A DNA stretch of 24,000 nucleotides from Ignavibacteriales bacterium (GCA_015709675.1 CP054182.1:637448-661447); one strand, 5' to 3'; positions 8,906 to 18,747 are shown, counted from the stretch's first letter. The notes: generated by a model not told the origin, from the sequence alone. Numbers and translations are program-made.

Positions 8906-9331
8906 TTACGGCCATTTTTTGGCAGTGATGTAATTGTATGATTTTTTAATCAGTTCGGCGAGCACCTTCCGGTCTATATCATCAAGTGTTTTAATATATA
9001 AACAGGAAACACCGGTTTTGTATTTGCCGAGCTTTTCCATAAGTTCTGCATTCCTCGGAAAGCCGGCCATGATGTAAACTGACAGAGCATCCTTGCGCGG
9101 AGAAAATCCTGCGGCCGGAGCATCCCCCTCGCGTCCGGTTGCGTATTTGTAATGATAGGAACCAAACCCGATAATGGAGGGACCCCACATCACCGGGGGC
9201 TGCCCGGTCGCTTTTTGCATCATTTCAAGCAGTTCGAATGATTCTCTCCTTTTCTTTTCATCGGAGACTTTGTTAATAAATTCAGCCGGACTGGTTTTTT
9301 CCGGTTTGGTTTTATTTTCCGATTTAGCCAT
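8906..9331 (-). CDS. DUF1801 domain-containing protein
   Basis: SFELLEMMQKATGQPPVMWGPSIIGFGSYHYKYATGREGDAPAAGFSPRKDALSVYIMAGF. Confidence 0.88.
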   Translation of the reverse strand: MAKSENKTKPEKTSPAEFINKVSDEKKRRESFELLEMMQKATGQPPVMWGPSIIGFGSYHYKYATGREGDAPAAGFSPRKDALSVYIMAGFPRNAELMEKLGKYKTGVSCLYIKTLDDIDRKVLAELIKKSYNYITAKKWP

Positions 9332-9399
9332 AGGCAGAGTTACTCCTCTAAAATTTGCGAAACATAAAAAAGACTTAAAGCTAAATAAGAAGAGGTTGT

Positions 9400-11127
9400 T
9401 CAGGTGACAGGAAGCGTGATAGTAAAGGTGCTTCCTTTACCAAGTTCGCTCTCAGCGCGGATGGTTCCGCCGTTCTTTTCAATGAAATCTTTGCAGAGAA
9501 TCAGTCCCAGACCGGAGCCCCTTTCTCCTTTGGTACCGGCGGTCTTTGGCTTTTCAGCAGGAGAAAAAATCTTTTCAAGGGCAGCTTTATTCATTCCAAC
9601 ACCCTGGTCTGAGATACTAATGGAACAGGTTTTTCCGGGAAGTTCAGTAAGATCAACCGTGATAACCGAACCCTCGCGGGAAAATTTAACTGCGTTCGAG
9701 AGCAGATTGCGCAGGACAGTTTCAATCATATATTTATCGGCGGTAACCAGCACTGTATGGCTTACGTTATTCCGGATGACGATGCCCTTGCTCTTTGCAA
9801 TCTGATTTAGTGAATGAAGCGCGGTAATAAGAGAATCTCTGATCGAAAAGAGTTCCGGATGAAACGAAATCTGATTAGTCTGCTGTCGTGACCAGTCAAG
9901 CAGGTTATCCAGAAGCTGATGGGTATTCACCGAAAGAAGATTAATCTCACTGATAAGCATCTTTTTATACTCATCATCAGTGGTGTCATAGTCCTGCATC
10001 AGGATCTCAGAAAGCCCGATCAGTCCGAAAAATGGATTCTTCAGGTCATGGGCGATAATGGAAAAGAGCCGGTCCTTTGACTGGTTCAGCTCGTTCAGTT
10101 TCTGCTCGGTTTCCTTAAGCCGTGTTACATCATGGAGCGTGAGTATATATCCGGACTGTTTCATCCCCTCGGAAAGCCGTGCCGACGCGATCTGATATAT
10201 ATTACCATGTTTCTCCGTCTGGAAGATTTTCCCGTTAAGCAGTTCATCAGCGTTTATCTCAGTTTCATTCAGAAGCTGCTCAACCGGAGTACCGGTGCGT
10301 GAAGCAAGGGGGAAGACCTGAAGCGCGGAGTTATTGCAGTCCACCACACGCCGGCTTGCATCAGCAACAATGATTCCGGCTTCAAGGGACTCAAACACAC
10401 GGTCGCGGGCTGCGGGCACGATATCAAACAGGCGGTATTTCTGCACGGCAAAACCCATTACAACAGCGCTATAGGTAAAGGCGATGTTGGTGAAATCCAG
10501 CCGCATAAAACTGTTCATCCCCGCCACATAGATAACGCTTACAATAACGGGGACAAGAAATCCGCCCAGCAGAAGACCAGCCTGTCCGCGGAACATCACG
10601 CTCTGGTTTTTCACAAAATAAATAAGATAAACCGCGCTAGCAAACAGGATCAGGTAAGAGTAATAGACATGAACATAAAACCAGGGGCCCCAGTCCTTGG
10701 TAATCAGAAGAAAAGAGCCCGATTCAATAAGGCGCGTATTCCGGTAAAGAAGCTCGTGGGATTCCATCGCAAGCGCAAAGATCATCGTAAGGAAAGGGAT
10801 GATGCACAGCAAAACAGCAACCGGATAAAATGATTTCCGCCGGAAGTTGGTATAATCCAGTACGGCCAGAAACCAGAATACACCGGTAAAAGGAATACCC
10901 AGGAAATATTGAATCTTTACGCCGGTCATCTTGAAGGAGAGAGTCTCGGCCGCTATTTCTATAAAATAACCGATGTTCCAGAAGAGCGCTGAAATTTCCG
11001 ATAAGGAAAGAAAAAGAGCACCCGGCACACTTCTTTTGGTAAAGAAATACACCGCTGCCCAAAAAGCAAAAAGCGAAGAGAGCGCAATTAACAGGAGAAA
11101 AAGTGTAACCTCAGAAATATCCGGCAC
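9400..11127 (-). CDS. Sensor histidine kinase: N-terminal 7TM region, PAS-like domain, HisKA and HATPase_c
   Basis: Seven hydrophobic segments, VFESLEAGIIVADASRRVVDCNNSAL (PAS), DRLFSIIAHDLKNPFFGLIGLSE (H box), LRNLLSNAVKFS (N box), DQGVGM, GERGSGLGLILCKDFIEKNGG (G boxes). No receiver-domain gene nearby. Confidence 0.93.
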   Translation of the reverse strand: MPDISEVTLFLLLIALSSLFAFWAAVYFFTKRSVPGALFLSLSEISALFWNIGYFIEIAAETLSFKMTGVKIQYFLGIPFTGVFWFLAVLDYTNFRRKSFYPVAVLLCIIPFLTMIFALAMESHELLYRNTRLIESGSFLLITKDWGPWFYVHVYYSYLILFASAVYLIYFVKNQSVMFRGQAGLLLGGFLVPVIVSVIYVAGMNSFMRLDFTNIAFTYSAVVMGFAVQKYRLFDIVPAARDRVFESLEAGIIVADASRRVVDCNNSALQVFPLASRTGTPVEQLLNETEINADELLNGKIFQTEKHGNIYQIASARLSEGMKQSGYILTLHDVTRLKETEQKLNELNQSKDRLFSIIAHDLKNPFFGLIGLSEILMQDYDTTDDEYKKMLISEINLLSVNTHQLLDNLLDWSRQQTNQISFHPELFSIRDSLITALHSLNQIAKSKGIVIRNNVSHTVLVTADKYMIETVLRNLLSNAVKFSREGSVITVDLTELPGKTCSISISDQGVGMNKAALEKIFSPAEKPKTAGTKGERGSGLGLILCKDFIEKNGGTIRAESELGKGSTFTITLPVT

Positions 11128-11271
11128 TCACATCTGGTTAAAAAGAAATACAGCTAAAACTTTATTATGTTAATATAATTCAATTCGGCGGAATTTGAAG
11201 AGAGCGAAATCATAACACCGGGAATCCGGTATGAGGAAAATCCGGTACAATAAAACAGAATCAAAAAACCT

Positions 11272-12081
11272 ATGGAAAAAGAGATAGCCATCATTGATGC
11301 GTTTACGAGTGAACCATTCAGCGGAAATCCGGCTGCGGTCTGCCTGAGTTCATCCCCCCTGAACGATGATGAGATGCAGAAGATAGCGGCGGAGTTTAAT
11401 CTTTCTGAAACCGCATTTCTGGTAAAACGGGAGGGGCATGAAAATATTTACAGCATCAGATACTTTACCCCAACTACCGAGATTAAATTCTGCGGACACG
11501 CCACACTCGGCTCATTCCGATTTATCTTCAGCAAAAGCAGTATCTCTGAAGCTGCATTTTTAACCGCTCACGGACTCCGCCTTACCGGAAAGAAACAGGG
11601 AGATGAAATTCAGATGGAATTCCCTCTTTACGAGACAGAGCTTGCAGCGGTACCGGAGGGAATGAAGGAAGCACTGGGCATCAGCCGGATAAACGAATGC
11701 GGCTTTTGCCGGGAAACCGGAATGCTCCTGATAGAGATAAGCAATCCGCTTGAACTGAGACAGCTAAGCCCCGACCCCCGAAGCCTAAAAGCCACAACAG
11801 AAAAATGTAACTCGGTGATAGTAACCAGTCTCTCTGATAAAAAGGAGTATGATTTTCTCTCCCGCTGCTTTGCTCCGTGGGTGGGGATAGATGAGGATCC
11901 GGTCACCGGTTCGGCTCACTCGGTACTGGCGAAGTGGTGGTCAGACCGGCTGGGAAAGGAAGAGCTCCGCGCGTACCAGGCCAGCCGCCGGGGCGGAGAG
12001 ATGAAACTCCGGATAACCGGAACCGGCAGCCTGGAAGTAACCGCCAGTGCAGTGGTGGTGGTTGAGGGGAAGATGAGATAA
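11272..12081 (+). CDS. PhzF family isomerase/epimerase-like protein
   Basis: IIDAFTSEPFSGNPAAVCL, AAEFNLSETAFL, IRYFTPTTEIKFCGHATLGS, GIDEDPVTGSAHSVLAKWWS. Confidence 0.93.
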   Translation: MEKEIAIIDAFTSEPFSGNPAAVCLSSSPLNDDEMQKIAAEFNLSETAFLVKREGHENIYSIRYFTPTTEIKFCGHATLGSFRFIFSKSSISEAAFLTAHGLRLTGKKQGDEIQMEFPLYETELAAVPEGMKEALGISRINECGFCRETGMLLIEISNPLELRQLSPDPRSLKATTEKCNSVIVTSLSDKKEYDFLSRCFAPWVGIDEDPVTGSAHSVLAKWWSDRLGKEELRAYQASRRGGEMKLRITGTGSLEVTASAVVVVEGKMR

Positions 12082-12301
12082 TAGGTGATTTCCTTTTGCG
12101 GCTTATTGCAGAAGGAAAACGAAGAATTTTAACACGAAGTAGCGAAGGGTGAAGAATTATAAAAAATGGTTCTCATGCGGTTCTGATCCCCTGAAAGTTC
12201 GGGGGTAACAAGATGAAAACTGTGGCAGAGAGTCGCGGAATCTTCGGGAGAAAACAACCTTCTGTCTGAGAATACGATACACATCACTGTTAGTTGGAAC
12301 A

Positions 12302-12328
12302 AAAACTGCAACTCAGGGTAGCAGTTTT
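12302..12328. other. Perfect 8-bp stem hairpin upstream of the R-M operon
   Basis: AAAACTGC - 11 nt - GCAGTTTT; may be a weak terminator for phzF or part of a leader. Confidence 0.45.
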
Positions 12329-12447
12329 GCTTTTGCAGATTTTTTAATTTTATTGATTAAGATTGACGAGAGCATCATTTGTAAGAAGGAAATAATATTC
12401 TGGAAAAAGAGTATAGATATTTGATTTAAAATACGTACCGAACGGAT

Positions 12448-12879
12448 ATGGATGTTTTAACAAAGGAACAAAGAAGAAAAAACATGCAGGCAATCAGGGG
12501 AACCGGCACAAAACAGGAAGGAAGACTTGCAAAAGCCCTGTGGAACCGGGGATATCGTTATAGAAAGAATGACAAAACGGTTTTTGGGAAACCGGACCTG
12601 ACCTTTAAGCGGTGGAAAATTGCTATATTTGTTGATAGTGAATTCTTTCATGGCTGGAAATGGGATAGCGAAAAATATCGAATTAAAACCAACAGAGATT
12701 TCTGGTGGAAGAAGATTGAAAACAACATCAAAAGAGACAAACAGGTAAACAGATTTTTAAGATACCGGGGATGGAAAGTGATTCGTTTCTGGACAAAGAA
12801 AGTCGAAAAAAATCTCGAATTTTGTGTACATAAAACCGTTAAGATAATTGAAGAAAACAGTCCAAAAAAAATACAGTAA
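12448..12879 (+). CDS. vsr: Very short patch repair (Vsr) DNA mismatch endonuclease
   Basis: [62 protein letters not shown]...[24 protein letters not shown]. Confidence 0.93.
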   Translation: MDVLTKEQRRKNMQAIRGTGTKQEGRLAKALWNRGYRYRKNDKTVFGKPDLTFKRWKIAIFVDSEFFHGWKWDSEKYRIKTNRDFWWKKIENNIKRDKQVNRFLRYRGWKVIRFWTKKVEKNLEFCVHKTVKIIEENSPKKIQ

Positions 12880-14089
12880 GGTAAAAGAAAAACTTAAACT
12901 GGAAGTTGATCGAAAAACAACAAATGAACAGGCGTGTTTAACACATTATTTGCAAAATGCCGATACGGGCTGTTCTGAAGTATATAGAAAACCAGCTTTT
13001 AGTTACCTTAAAGCTTTACATGAGGAACTGGAATTTGTTGAAGATCCTGATTTTCAATATTACCTTCCTATAAAATGGGATATACCCTTTCCTCCGGTTA
13101 CAGAGGCAAAATTTACCTGCGTTGATCTTTTTGCAGGCATAGGCGGGACACGGCTCGCTTTTCAGAACCTGGGGGGTAAATGTGTTTTCTCCTCTGAATG
13201 GGATGGATTCGCTAAAAAAACCTATGAAGCAAATTTTGGGGAAATACCTTTTGGCGATATTACTGAAATAGAGGCTGATGAAATACCCGATCATGATATA
13301 CTGCTTGCCGGTTTTCCCTGTCAGCCGTTTTCTATTGCGGGAGTAAGCAAGAAGAATTCTCTGGGAAGAAAACACGGATTTCTGGATGAAACACAGGGAA
13401 CACTTTTTTTTGATATAGCCAGAATACTTAAATCCAAGAGACCAAAGACGTTTTTACTGGAGAATGTTAAAAATCTGGTTTCTCACGATAAGGGAAAAAC
13501 TTTCTTTATAATTTCTGAAACACTTAAAGAACTTAATTACACCATTTATTACAAAGTATTAGACAGTAAATATTTTGTTCCGCAGCACAGGGAAAGAATT
13601 CTTATAATAGGATTCGACAATACAGTTTTTAAGGGAAGACAAAAATTCAGATTTCCCGAACTGGAAGACCCGGGATTAAAAATCAGAGATATTCTGGAGC
13701 CGGACCCCGATCCAAAATATACATTGACGGATAATCTGTGGAATTATTTGCAGGAGTATGCAAAGAAACACAAAGAAAAAGGTAATGGTTTTGGTTTTGG
13801 GTTAACGGATTTAAATGGAATATCCAGAACTTTAAGTGCGCGATATTATAAAGACGGATCCGAAATACTTATACCGCAAAGAAACAAAAATCCAAGAAGG
13901 CTAACACCAAGAGAATGTGCAAGACTTCAGGGTTTTCCTGATAAATTTGTAATTCCTGTTTCTGATAATCAGGCATACAGACAATTTGGAAATTCTGTTA
14001 CCGTACCTCTGATACAATCGGTTGGAAAAAATCTTATTAAGGAACTTCGGTTAATTCATGAATCTGGAAAATCTGCTATCGCTGTTTAG
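12848..14089 (+). CDS. DNA (cytosine-5-)-methyltransferase, Dcm/EcoRII-like
   Basis: [20 protein letters not shown] (motif I), [40 protein letters not shown] (motif IV, Dcm-like), LLENVKNL (VI), [13 protein letters not shown] (VIII), [12 protein letters not shown] (X). TTG start; an in-frame TAA directly precedes it. Confidence 0.95.
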   Translation: MKKTVQKKYSKVKEKLKLEVDRKTTNEQACLTHYLQNADTGCSEVYRKPAFSYLKALHEELEFVEDPDFQYYLPIKWDIPFPPVTEAKFTCVDLFAGIGGTRLAFQNLGGKCVFSSEWDGFAKKTYEANFGEIPFGDITEIEADEIPDHDILLAGFPCQPFSIAGVSKKNSLGRKHGFLDETQGTLFFDIARILKSKRPKTFLLENVKNLVSHDKGKTFFIISETLKELNYTIYYKVLDSKYFVPQHRERILIIGFDNTVFKGRQKFRFPELEDPGLKIRDILEPDPDPKYTLTDNLWNYLQEYAKKHKEKGNGFGFGLTDLNGISRTLSARYYKDGSEILIPQRNKNPRRLTPRECARLQGFPDKFVIPVSDNQAYRQFGNSVTVPLIQSVGKNLIKELRLIHESGKSAIAV

Positions 14090-15359
14090 AGACAAAGGCT
14101 GCTCCAAGGTCTATGTAAAAGAACTCAGCCCCAATGATAATTCAAAGAACCAGGTGTATCTGGGTGGAAGTTATGATGTTCTGAATATTCTGCCGTTCAA
14201 TGAGATAAAAGCAGAAGGAATTGGGGACTGGAAAAGGGAGAGATTTAAGGCGACTGTTAATTTCGGTTGGATAGGTGAGGATGGAAACATTTTTAATGCA
14301 CCATTTGCTCAATTAATTCTGTACCCTAAATATCCCGAAGTGCGTTTTTCCGGATTTCTTAAAAAATGCGATAACCCTCCATCGGAAATTATGTCTGGTA
14401 GAGAAGCCGGAAGGCTTTTGTTTTTGGGCGTGGCTGATGGAGGAAAGTTACTCGGAAAAGCTGTTTTTCCGGATTCAGAAGTGGCTCAGGAGTTTGTAAA
14501 CTACTCCCCAAAAGAGGAAACCGGCTTATTTAAAGTTCTGTATACGAAGCGCATCGAAGATCATCGGGCGCAGCTTTTGACCGAACTGAGAAGAATTACT
14601 TCGCTTGGATGGATCGATTCGAAACGATTAGACAGGACAGGGAATATATTACCATGCAACAGTTCGAACTGCGGAGGATATACACTTGAAGCAGAACTTG
14701 GAATAACACCAAATGGTTATTCTGAACCCGATTACCTGGGGTGGGAAATAAAGCAGTTTGGAGTCAAAGATCTTAACAAAACCTCATCAGCCGTGGTAAC
14801 TCTGATGACCCCGGAGCCGGATTCAGGATACTATCATGAGTACGGAGCATCGGATTTTGTCAGAAAGTATGGATATTCGGACCTGAGAGGCAGAATTGAC
14901 AGATTGAATTTCGGAGGAATATTCAAAGCCGGTCTTACAAACGTCAGGACCGGACTTAAACTTGAAATTTCAGGATTTGATAAAACAGAAAAACAAATTA
15001 CCAGTACCGGTGGAAAAATTATATTACTGGATAATCAGGAAAATGAAGCCGCTGCATGGACCTTCTCGTCTGTTATATCACACTGGAAAAGAAAGCATAC
15101 CAACGCATGTTATATACCATCGCTTCTGAAACAAAATGGTTCACGAAAGTATAAATACGGCAACAACATATTATTGGGGCTTGGAACTGATTTTGTCCTG
15201 TTTTTAGCTCAGCTAAGCCTTGGCAATATTTATTATGATCCAGGCATAAAAATTGAAAACGCATCAACAAATCCCAGAACAAAACAAAGAAGTCAGTTTA
15301 GGATAAAATCCCGGTTTTTATCAGAACTTTACAGGAACAGTGAATGGGTTACACTTTAG
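14058..15359 (+). CDS. MvaI/BcnI family type II restriction endonuclease
   Basis: [55 protein letters not shown], with likely catalytic D..E.K at PDYLGWEIK (about 14727-14753). Directly follows and overlaps the MTase gene. Confidence 0.87.
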   Translation: MNLENLLSLFRDKGCSKVYVKELSPNDNSKNQVYLGGSYDVLNILPFNEIKAEGIGDWKRERFKATVNFGWIGEDGNIFNAPFAQLILYPKYPEVRFSGFLKKCDNPPSEIMSGREAGRLLFLGVADGGKLLGKAVFPDSEVAQEFVNYSPKEETGLFKVLYTKRIEDHRAQLLTELRRITSLGWIDSKRLDRTGNILPCNSSNCGGYTLEAELGITPNGYSEPDYLGWEIKQFGVKDLNKTSSAVVTLMTPEPDSGYYHEYGASDFVRKYGYSDLRGRIDRLNFGGIFKAGLTNVRTGLKLEISGFDKTEKQITSTGGKIILLDNQENEAAAWTFSSVISHWKRKHTNACYIPSLLKQNGSRKYKYGNNILLGLGTDFVLFLAQLSLGNIYYDPGIKIENASTNPRTKQRSQFRIKSRFLSELYRNSEWVTL

Positions 15360-15419
15360 TAATGGAAGTCAAAATAAATTATGAGCGTTCTCGCGAGGTT
15401 TGGTCTTTAAATTGCTGTC

Positions 15420-15797
15420 TCACAACGTAAACAGCGTATCCACCGTAGTACTGTCACTCTGCCAAAAACGGAAGGTGTAGCTGCCGGTGGGGAGGTTGGG
15501 GATTGAGATACCGGTCAGATACCTGATGAAGCCCTGAGTGCAGACGGCCCCCTCCGGCTGCTGTCCGTAAACCGTAATGAAGCGGACTGAGTCAGCGCTG
15601 AACATTTCATAATGAGAATATCTTCCGCAGCCGTTAAGCCAGCTCGCCCAGACCCATGCGGTAACAATCGTTCCCGTTCTCGTTACATCCACTATGGAAG
15701 TTACGGGAGATTTGGCTGTAATCATCTTGGGGTTCTCTTCCGGTTCCTGGCAGGAAAGGAAGATTAGGGAGAAAAATAAGATTACCAGGGGTTTCAT
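15420..15797 (-). CDS. Small putative lipoprotein of unknown function
   Basis: Internal start MKPLVILFFSLIFLSCQEPEENPK (lipobox LIFLSC) within ORF 15420..15878. Confidence 0.65.
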   Translation of the reverse strand: MKPLVILFFSLIFLSCQEPEENPKMITAKSPVTSIVDVTRTGTIVTAWVWASWLNGCGRYSHYEMFSADSVRFITVYGQQPEGAVCTQGFIRYLTGISIPNLPTGSYTFRFWQSDSTTVDTLFTL

Positions 15798-15949
15798 AAC
15801 AATTGTTTTTTGTTTACTGTATAAAATAAGTATAAAAAACAAGAATGTAAAGATTTTTGCAAATGAGGCGATTTTCAATTGGCACTAAAAACACTGTCAC
15901 CTCCTCAAGGTTTGGGGTAGGTCGGCGGATTGAATGGTTTCTGTTTTTC

Positions 15950-16325
15950 TCAAGGGGGGTACCGCTTTGTATTCTGGTCTCAAAAAAGTGTAAAAAGTTT
16001 GATGATGTATTGTTTGTGAATGCAGTTGATCACTTTAACAGCGGCAAACGCCAAAACAACTTAGCCCCCGAGCACACTGACAAAAAGTAGAAACTTACAA
16101 AACCGCAAAGAAGAAAACCGATTCTCCCGCAGAGTATCAATGGCGGAAATTGAGAAAAACGAATATAATCTTAACATCTCTAGATATGAAAGCACATCAT
16201 TAGACGAAGAAATTATTGATTTAAAAGAAGATAATAAGAAGCTGGTAGGGCCTGAAAAAGAAATCGCCCAAGCCCGCGCAACTCACAACCAATTCCTTAA
16301 AGAGCTGGGTCTGCCGGAGATATAG
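15950..16325 (+). pseudogene. Decayed C-terminal fragment of a type I R-M N6-adenine methyltransferase subunit (HsdM)
   Basis: Frame 1: GVPLCILVSKKCKKFDDVLFVNAVDHFNSGKRQNNLAPEHTDK (compare FYGTGIPACILVL..KVLFINA...F.KGKNQNRL..EHI.KI). After frame changes: VETYKTAKK and RRVSMAEIEKNEYNLNISRYESTSLDEEIIDLKEDNKKL...FLKELGLPEI (compare EI.ENDYNLNISRYVDT..EEEIDL...LKELG). Confidence 0.85.
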
Positions 16326-16399
16326 GGGAGTACAAAAGCTCAAAATGTTTATGGCAAGAATATCTAATATCCCCAAGAATATATAAATTATTACTTTAT

Positions 16400-16987
16400 T
16401 TACTCGTTACCAATATCTTTTCGCATTTGCAATTCTAACTTTCTTCTTATGTTATTTAATTCCATAAGATTGTCGGTATAACTTTGAAGAACTGACATAT
16501 CAAAATTGCCTGGAACAGAAGTTGTATGCATAAAAATATTTTTAGCATTCGCTTCCAAAAATTCTTTTGACTTATTTTGATAATCATCCAGAATGGATAA
16601 TATTTCCAAACTGCCAACAAGCCGTAATTCATTTAATTCATCTAAATATTTGTTATATTTTCTCATCCATTCGAAAAGTATTTCTGCTTGAAATTGCATA
16701 ACATTATAATATCCAGAAAGGTTATATGGATTTATTTTGACCTCTTCAAAGAGCGCAAATATCTTTTTCATGGACTCTTCTCCATATTGTTTGTTGTACA
16801 ACTCTGAATTCATCAAGTCAAGATTAGACAAGAAACTTCTATAAATAATAAATCTTTTATCTCTAATCGAAGCGAGATTTTCATACTCCTTTCTTTTATT
16901 TATCTCGTATCGAATCTTGATTAAAGAATAAATTGCACCTAGAATAAAAAGAACATAACCGGTATATTTAATTAAAAATTCACTCAT
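16400..16987 (-). CDS. Hypothetical membrane-anchored, largely helical protein
   Basis: Single N-terminal TM segment FLIKYTGYVLFILGAIYSLIKIRY followed by about 165 aa of charged/helical sequence; complete ORF with ATG start in low-coding-noise DNA. Confidence 0.75.
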   Translation of the reverse strand: MSEFLIKYTGYVLFILGAIYSLIKIRYEINKRKEYENLASIRDKRFIIYRSFLSNLDLMNSELYNKQYGEESMKKIFALFEEVKINPYNLSGYYNVMQFQAEILFEWMRKYNKYLDELNELRLVGSLEILSILDDYQNKSKEFLEANAKNIFMHTTSVPGNFDMSVLQSYTDNLMELNNIRRKLELQMRKDIGNE

Positions 16988-17096
16988 TATTTAAAGTACA
17001 GCTCTTATTAAGAAACACTTCACAAGAAAAGAATACCAGCCGTTGAAATGTTAAGGGATGAAACAAATTTCGGCTCACACAAAAAGAACTGTCGTC

Positions 17097-18296
17097 TTAA
17101 TCTTCATGTATTAAAAAATTTTGCCTTATTTTGAACTTATAATACTGAGAGCCAATTTTTTTCATTCTTTGATCAACAAAATAATCTTGATTAAAAGAAT
17201 AAATTGATAACTTATCACTATTTATTACATGCAACTGATTTTCATAACGTTTTGAGGCCGGAAACACTCTCCAATTTACCGGTTCGTTATGAATGTTAAA
17301 TATATCTCCGTCACTTAACTTCACAATAATTGCGTTTTCGCATTCAACTAAAATACCAAATAGTGCGTTTTTCGCAGAAACAAAATTCCCTTTCCAATTT
17401 TCAAGTTGAATTTCACCAAGTTTCCCGTACTCCCTATTATCTTTACTGTGCCATGGAGAATACTTTATAATTGATATTTTATCATTCTTTACCAGATAAA
17501 TTTTATCTTGCATTCCCCAGGAATATCCTGTTTCATTAAAAATACTACCGCTATACTTAATTTCTTTGAATTCTCTATGAACATGGTTGTTATCAGACTT
17601 TTTTTCGAAAGCGGCATGATAGCCATCAGACAAGTGTGAAGAGGCAAAAATACTGTAAAATGTCCAACCACAATCAGAACAATTGGATGAAGAAAGTTGC
17701 TTTGGCTCCCTAAAGTTACTTTCATCATTGAAATACTTGGATTCTAATCCTATTTGGTAAAGACCTTCATCACCGGCAGCTATTGCCAGGCTTCTATAGT
17801 TAGCGGAGATTGATAGCGAGGGAGCGTCCCATTTTCTTTCTTTTTTTGTACTAACTACGTATTTGTTTTTACGACGGTTACATGTTGCACGATGAATTCC
17901 ATCCTTTGAACTTGTATAAATACTATTACGGTAAATGATTGAATCTGAATGGGGAAATGGAAATGGATTATTTTGTTTAGTTAAAGTGCATCTCTCTATT
18001 TGGCTTTTGGAAATAAATAACTCCTTGTTTGAGAGATCTGAAAATTTACTAATTATTACTTGCTTGACTTCAGGATCATTAAATAATAAAGAAAATTCTG
18101 TGTTATATAAATAATCACTTCGCGAAAAGGAACACGTTAAAGCTAATTTCAAATAATCTTCAATATTTAATTCATCAAGAAGTCTATCCCAATTGACAGA
18201 AATAATTTCACCATTCAATGTGAATAAATATAGAATGCCGGAATAAATTTGTGAATCCCAAAATTGACCTTCTATGTCCAGTTTTATAGGCTGCAT
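17097..18296 (-). CDS. Hypothetical protein, beta-rich / beta-propeller-like
   Basis: 399-aa intact ORF with recurring beta-strand patterns (GQFWDSQIYSGILYLFTLNGEIISVNWDRLL; SLAIAAGDEGLYQIGL; GYSWGMQDKIYLVKNDKISIIKYS; NALFGILVECENAIIVKLSDGDIFNI). Its start overlaps the upstream gene. Confidence 0.78.
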   Translation of the reverse strand: MQPIKLDIEGQFWDSQIYSGILYLFTLNGEIISVNWDRLLDELNIEDYLKLALTCSFSRSDYLYNTEFSLLFNDPEVKQVIISKFSDLSNKELFISKSQIERCTLTKQNNPFPFPHSDSIIYRNSIYTSSKDGIHRATCNRRKNKYVVSTKKERKWDAPSLSISANYRSLAIAAGDEGLYQIGLESKYFNDESNFREPKQLSSSNCSDCGWTFYSIFASSHLSDGYHAAFEKKSDNNHVHREFKEIKYSGSIFNETGYSWGMQDKIYLVKNDKISIIKYSPWHSKDNREYGKLGEIQLENWKGNFVSAKNALFGILVECENAIIVKLSDGDIFNIHNEPVNWRVFPASKRYENQLHVINSDKLSIYSFNQDYFVDQRMKKIGSQYYKFKIRQNFLIHED

Positions 18297-18589
18297 GGCT
18301 GACCTTTAGTTATTTTTCTAATTTTAGTCGGTGGGAATATTGATAAATTTAACCATTTATTAAGAATTTCAGTATCAGGAATATCATCTGTGCAGCGTTG
18401 ATAATCAATTGGATATCCATGCCAGTTTTGACCACCAACAAATTTTGCTATAAATAATTGTTTGGTACCATTTTGATCGATACCCAGATACTGAACTGAC
18501 GATGTATCGCTAAAGTGTAACCCCCAGCCAATCTGCTCTTTAATCCAATTCTCTGTAAGGCATCGTCTAAAACATTCAAATTCCTGCAT
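18284..18589 (-). CDS. Hypothetical small protein (about 101 aa)
   Basis: Preferred ATG start MQEFECFRRCLTENWIKEQIGWGLHF...TKQLFIAKFVGGQNWHGYPIDYQRCTDDIPDTEILNKWLNLSIFPPTKIRKITKGQPCSL. The track ORF extends to 18694 from a TTG. Overlaps the downstream gene by 13 bp. Confidence 0.68.
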   Translation of the reverse strand: MQEFECFRRCLTENWIKEQIGWGLHFSDTSSVQYLGIDQNGTKQLFIAKFVGGQNWHGYPIDYQRCTDDIPDTEILNKWLNLSIFPPTKIRKITKGQPCSL

Positions 18590-18747
18590 CGCCGTAATAG
18601 TCCATTGGGATTTATTATTAGCTCCGTTTCTATGGTGCGGATGTGACCGATAACAAATGTTTGAAAATATAACAGTTTCATTAATTCGGGACAAAATATT
18701 CTCCTGTTTTTTTCTCTTAAATATAATGTACTTATTACAATCTGTAA

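Noticed and set aside
8406-8941. ORFs 8406..8828, 8437..8685, 8485..8721, 8549..8941
   Set aside because: Overlapping ORFs on both strands across the third repeat cluster, with no domain-like sequence.
9404-11173. ORFs 9404..9805, 10269..10451, 10724..11062, 10973..11173
   Set aside because: Alternative frames of the histidine kinase gene.
12082-12447. Group II intron or retron remnant
   Set aside because: Only vague resemblance; no recognisable domain V, no RT ORF and no clear msr/msd structure. Kept only as an unexplained leader.
15857-16325. ORFs 15857..16090 and 16140..16325 as genuine small proteins
   Set aside because: Both are better explained as frame-broken parts of one HsdM C-terminal remnant.
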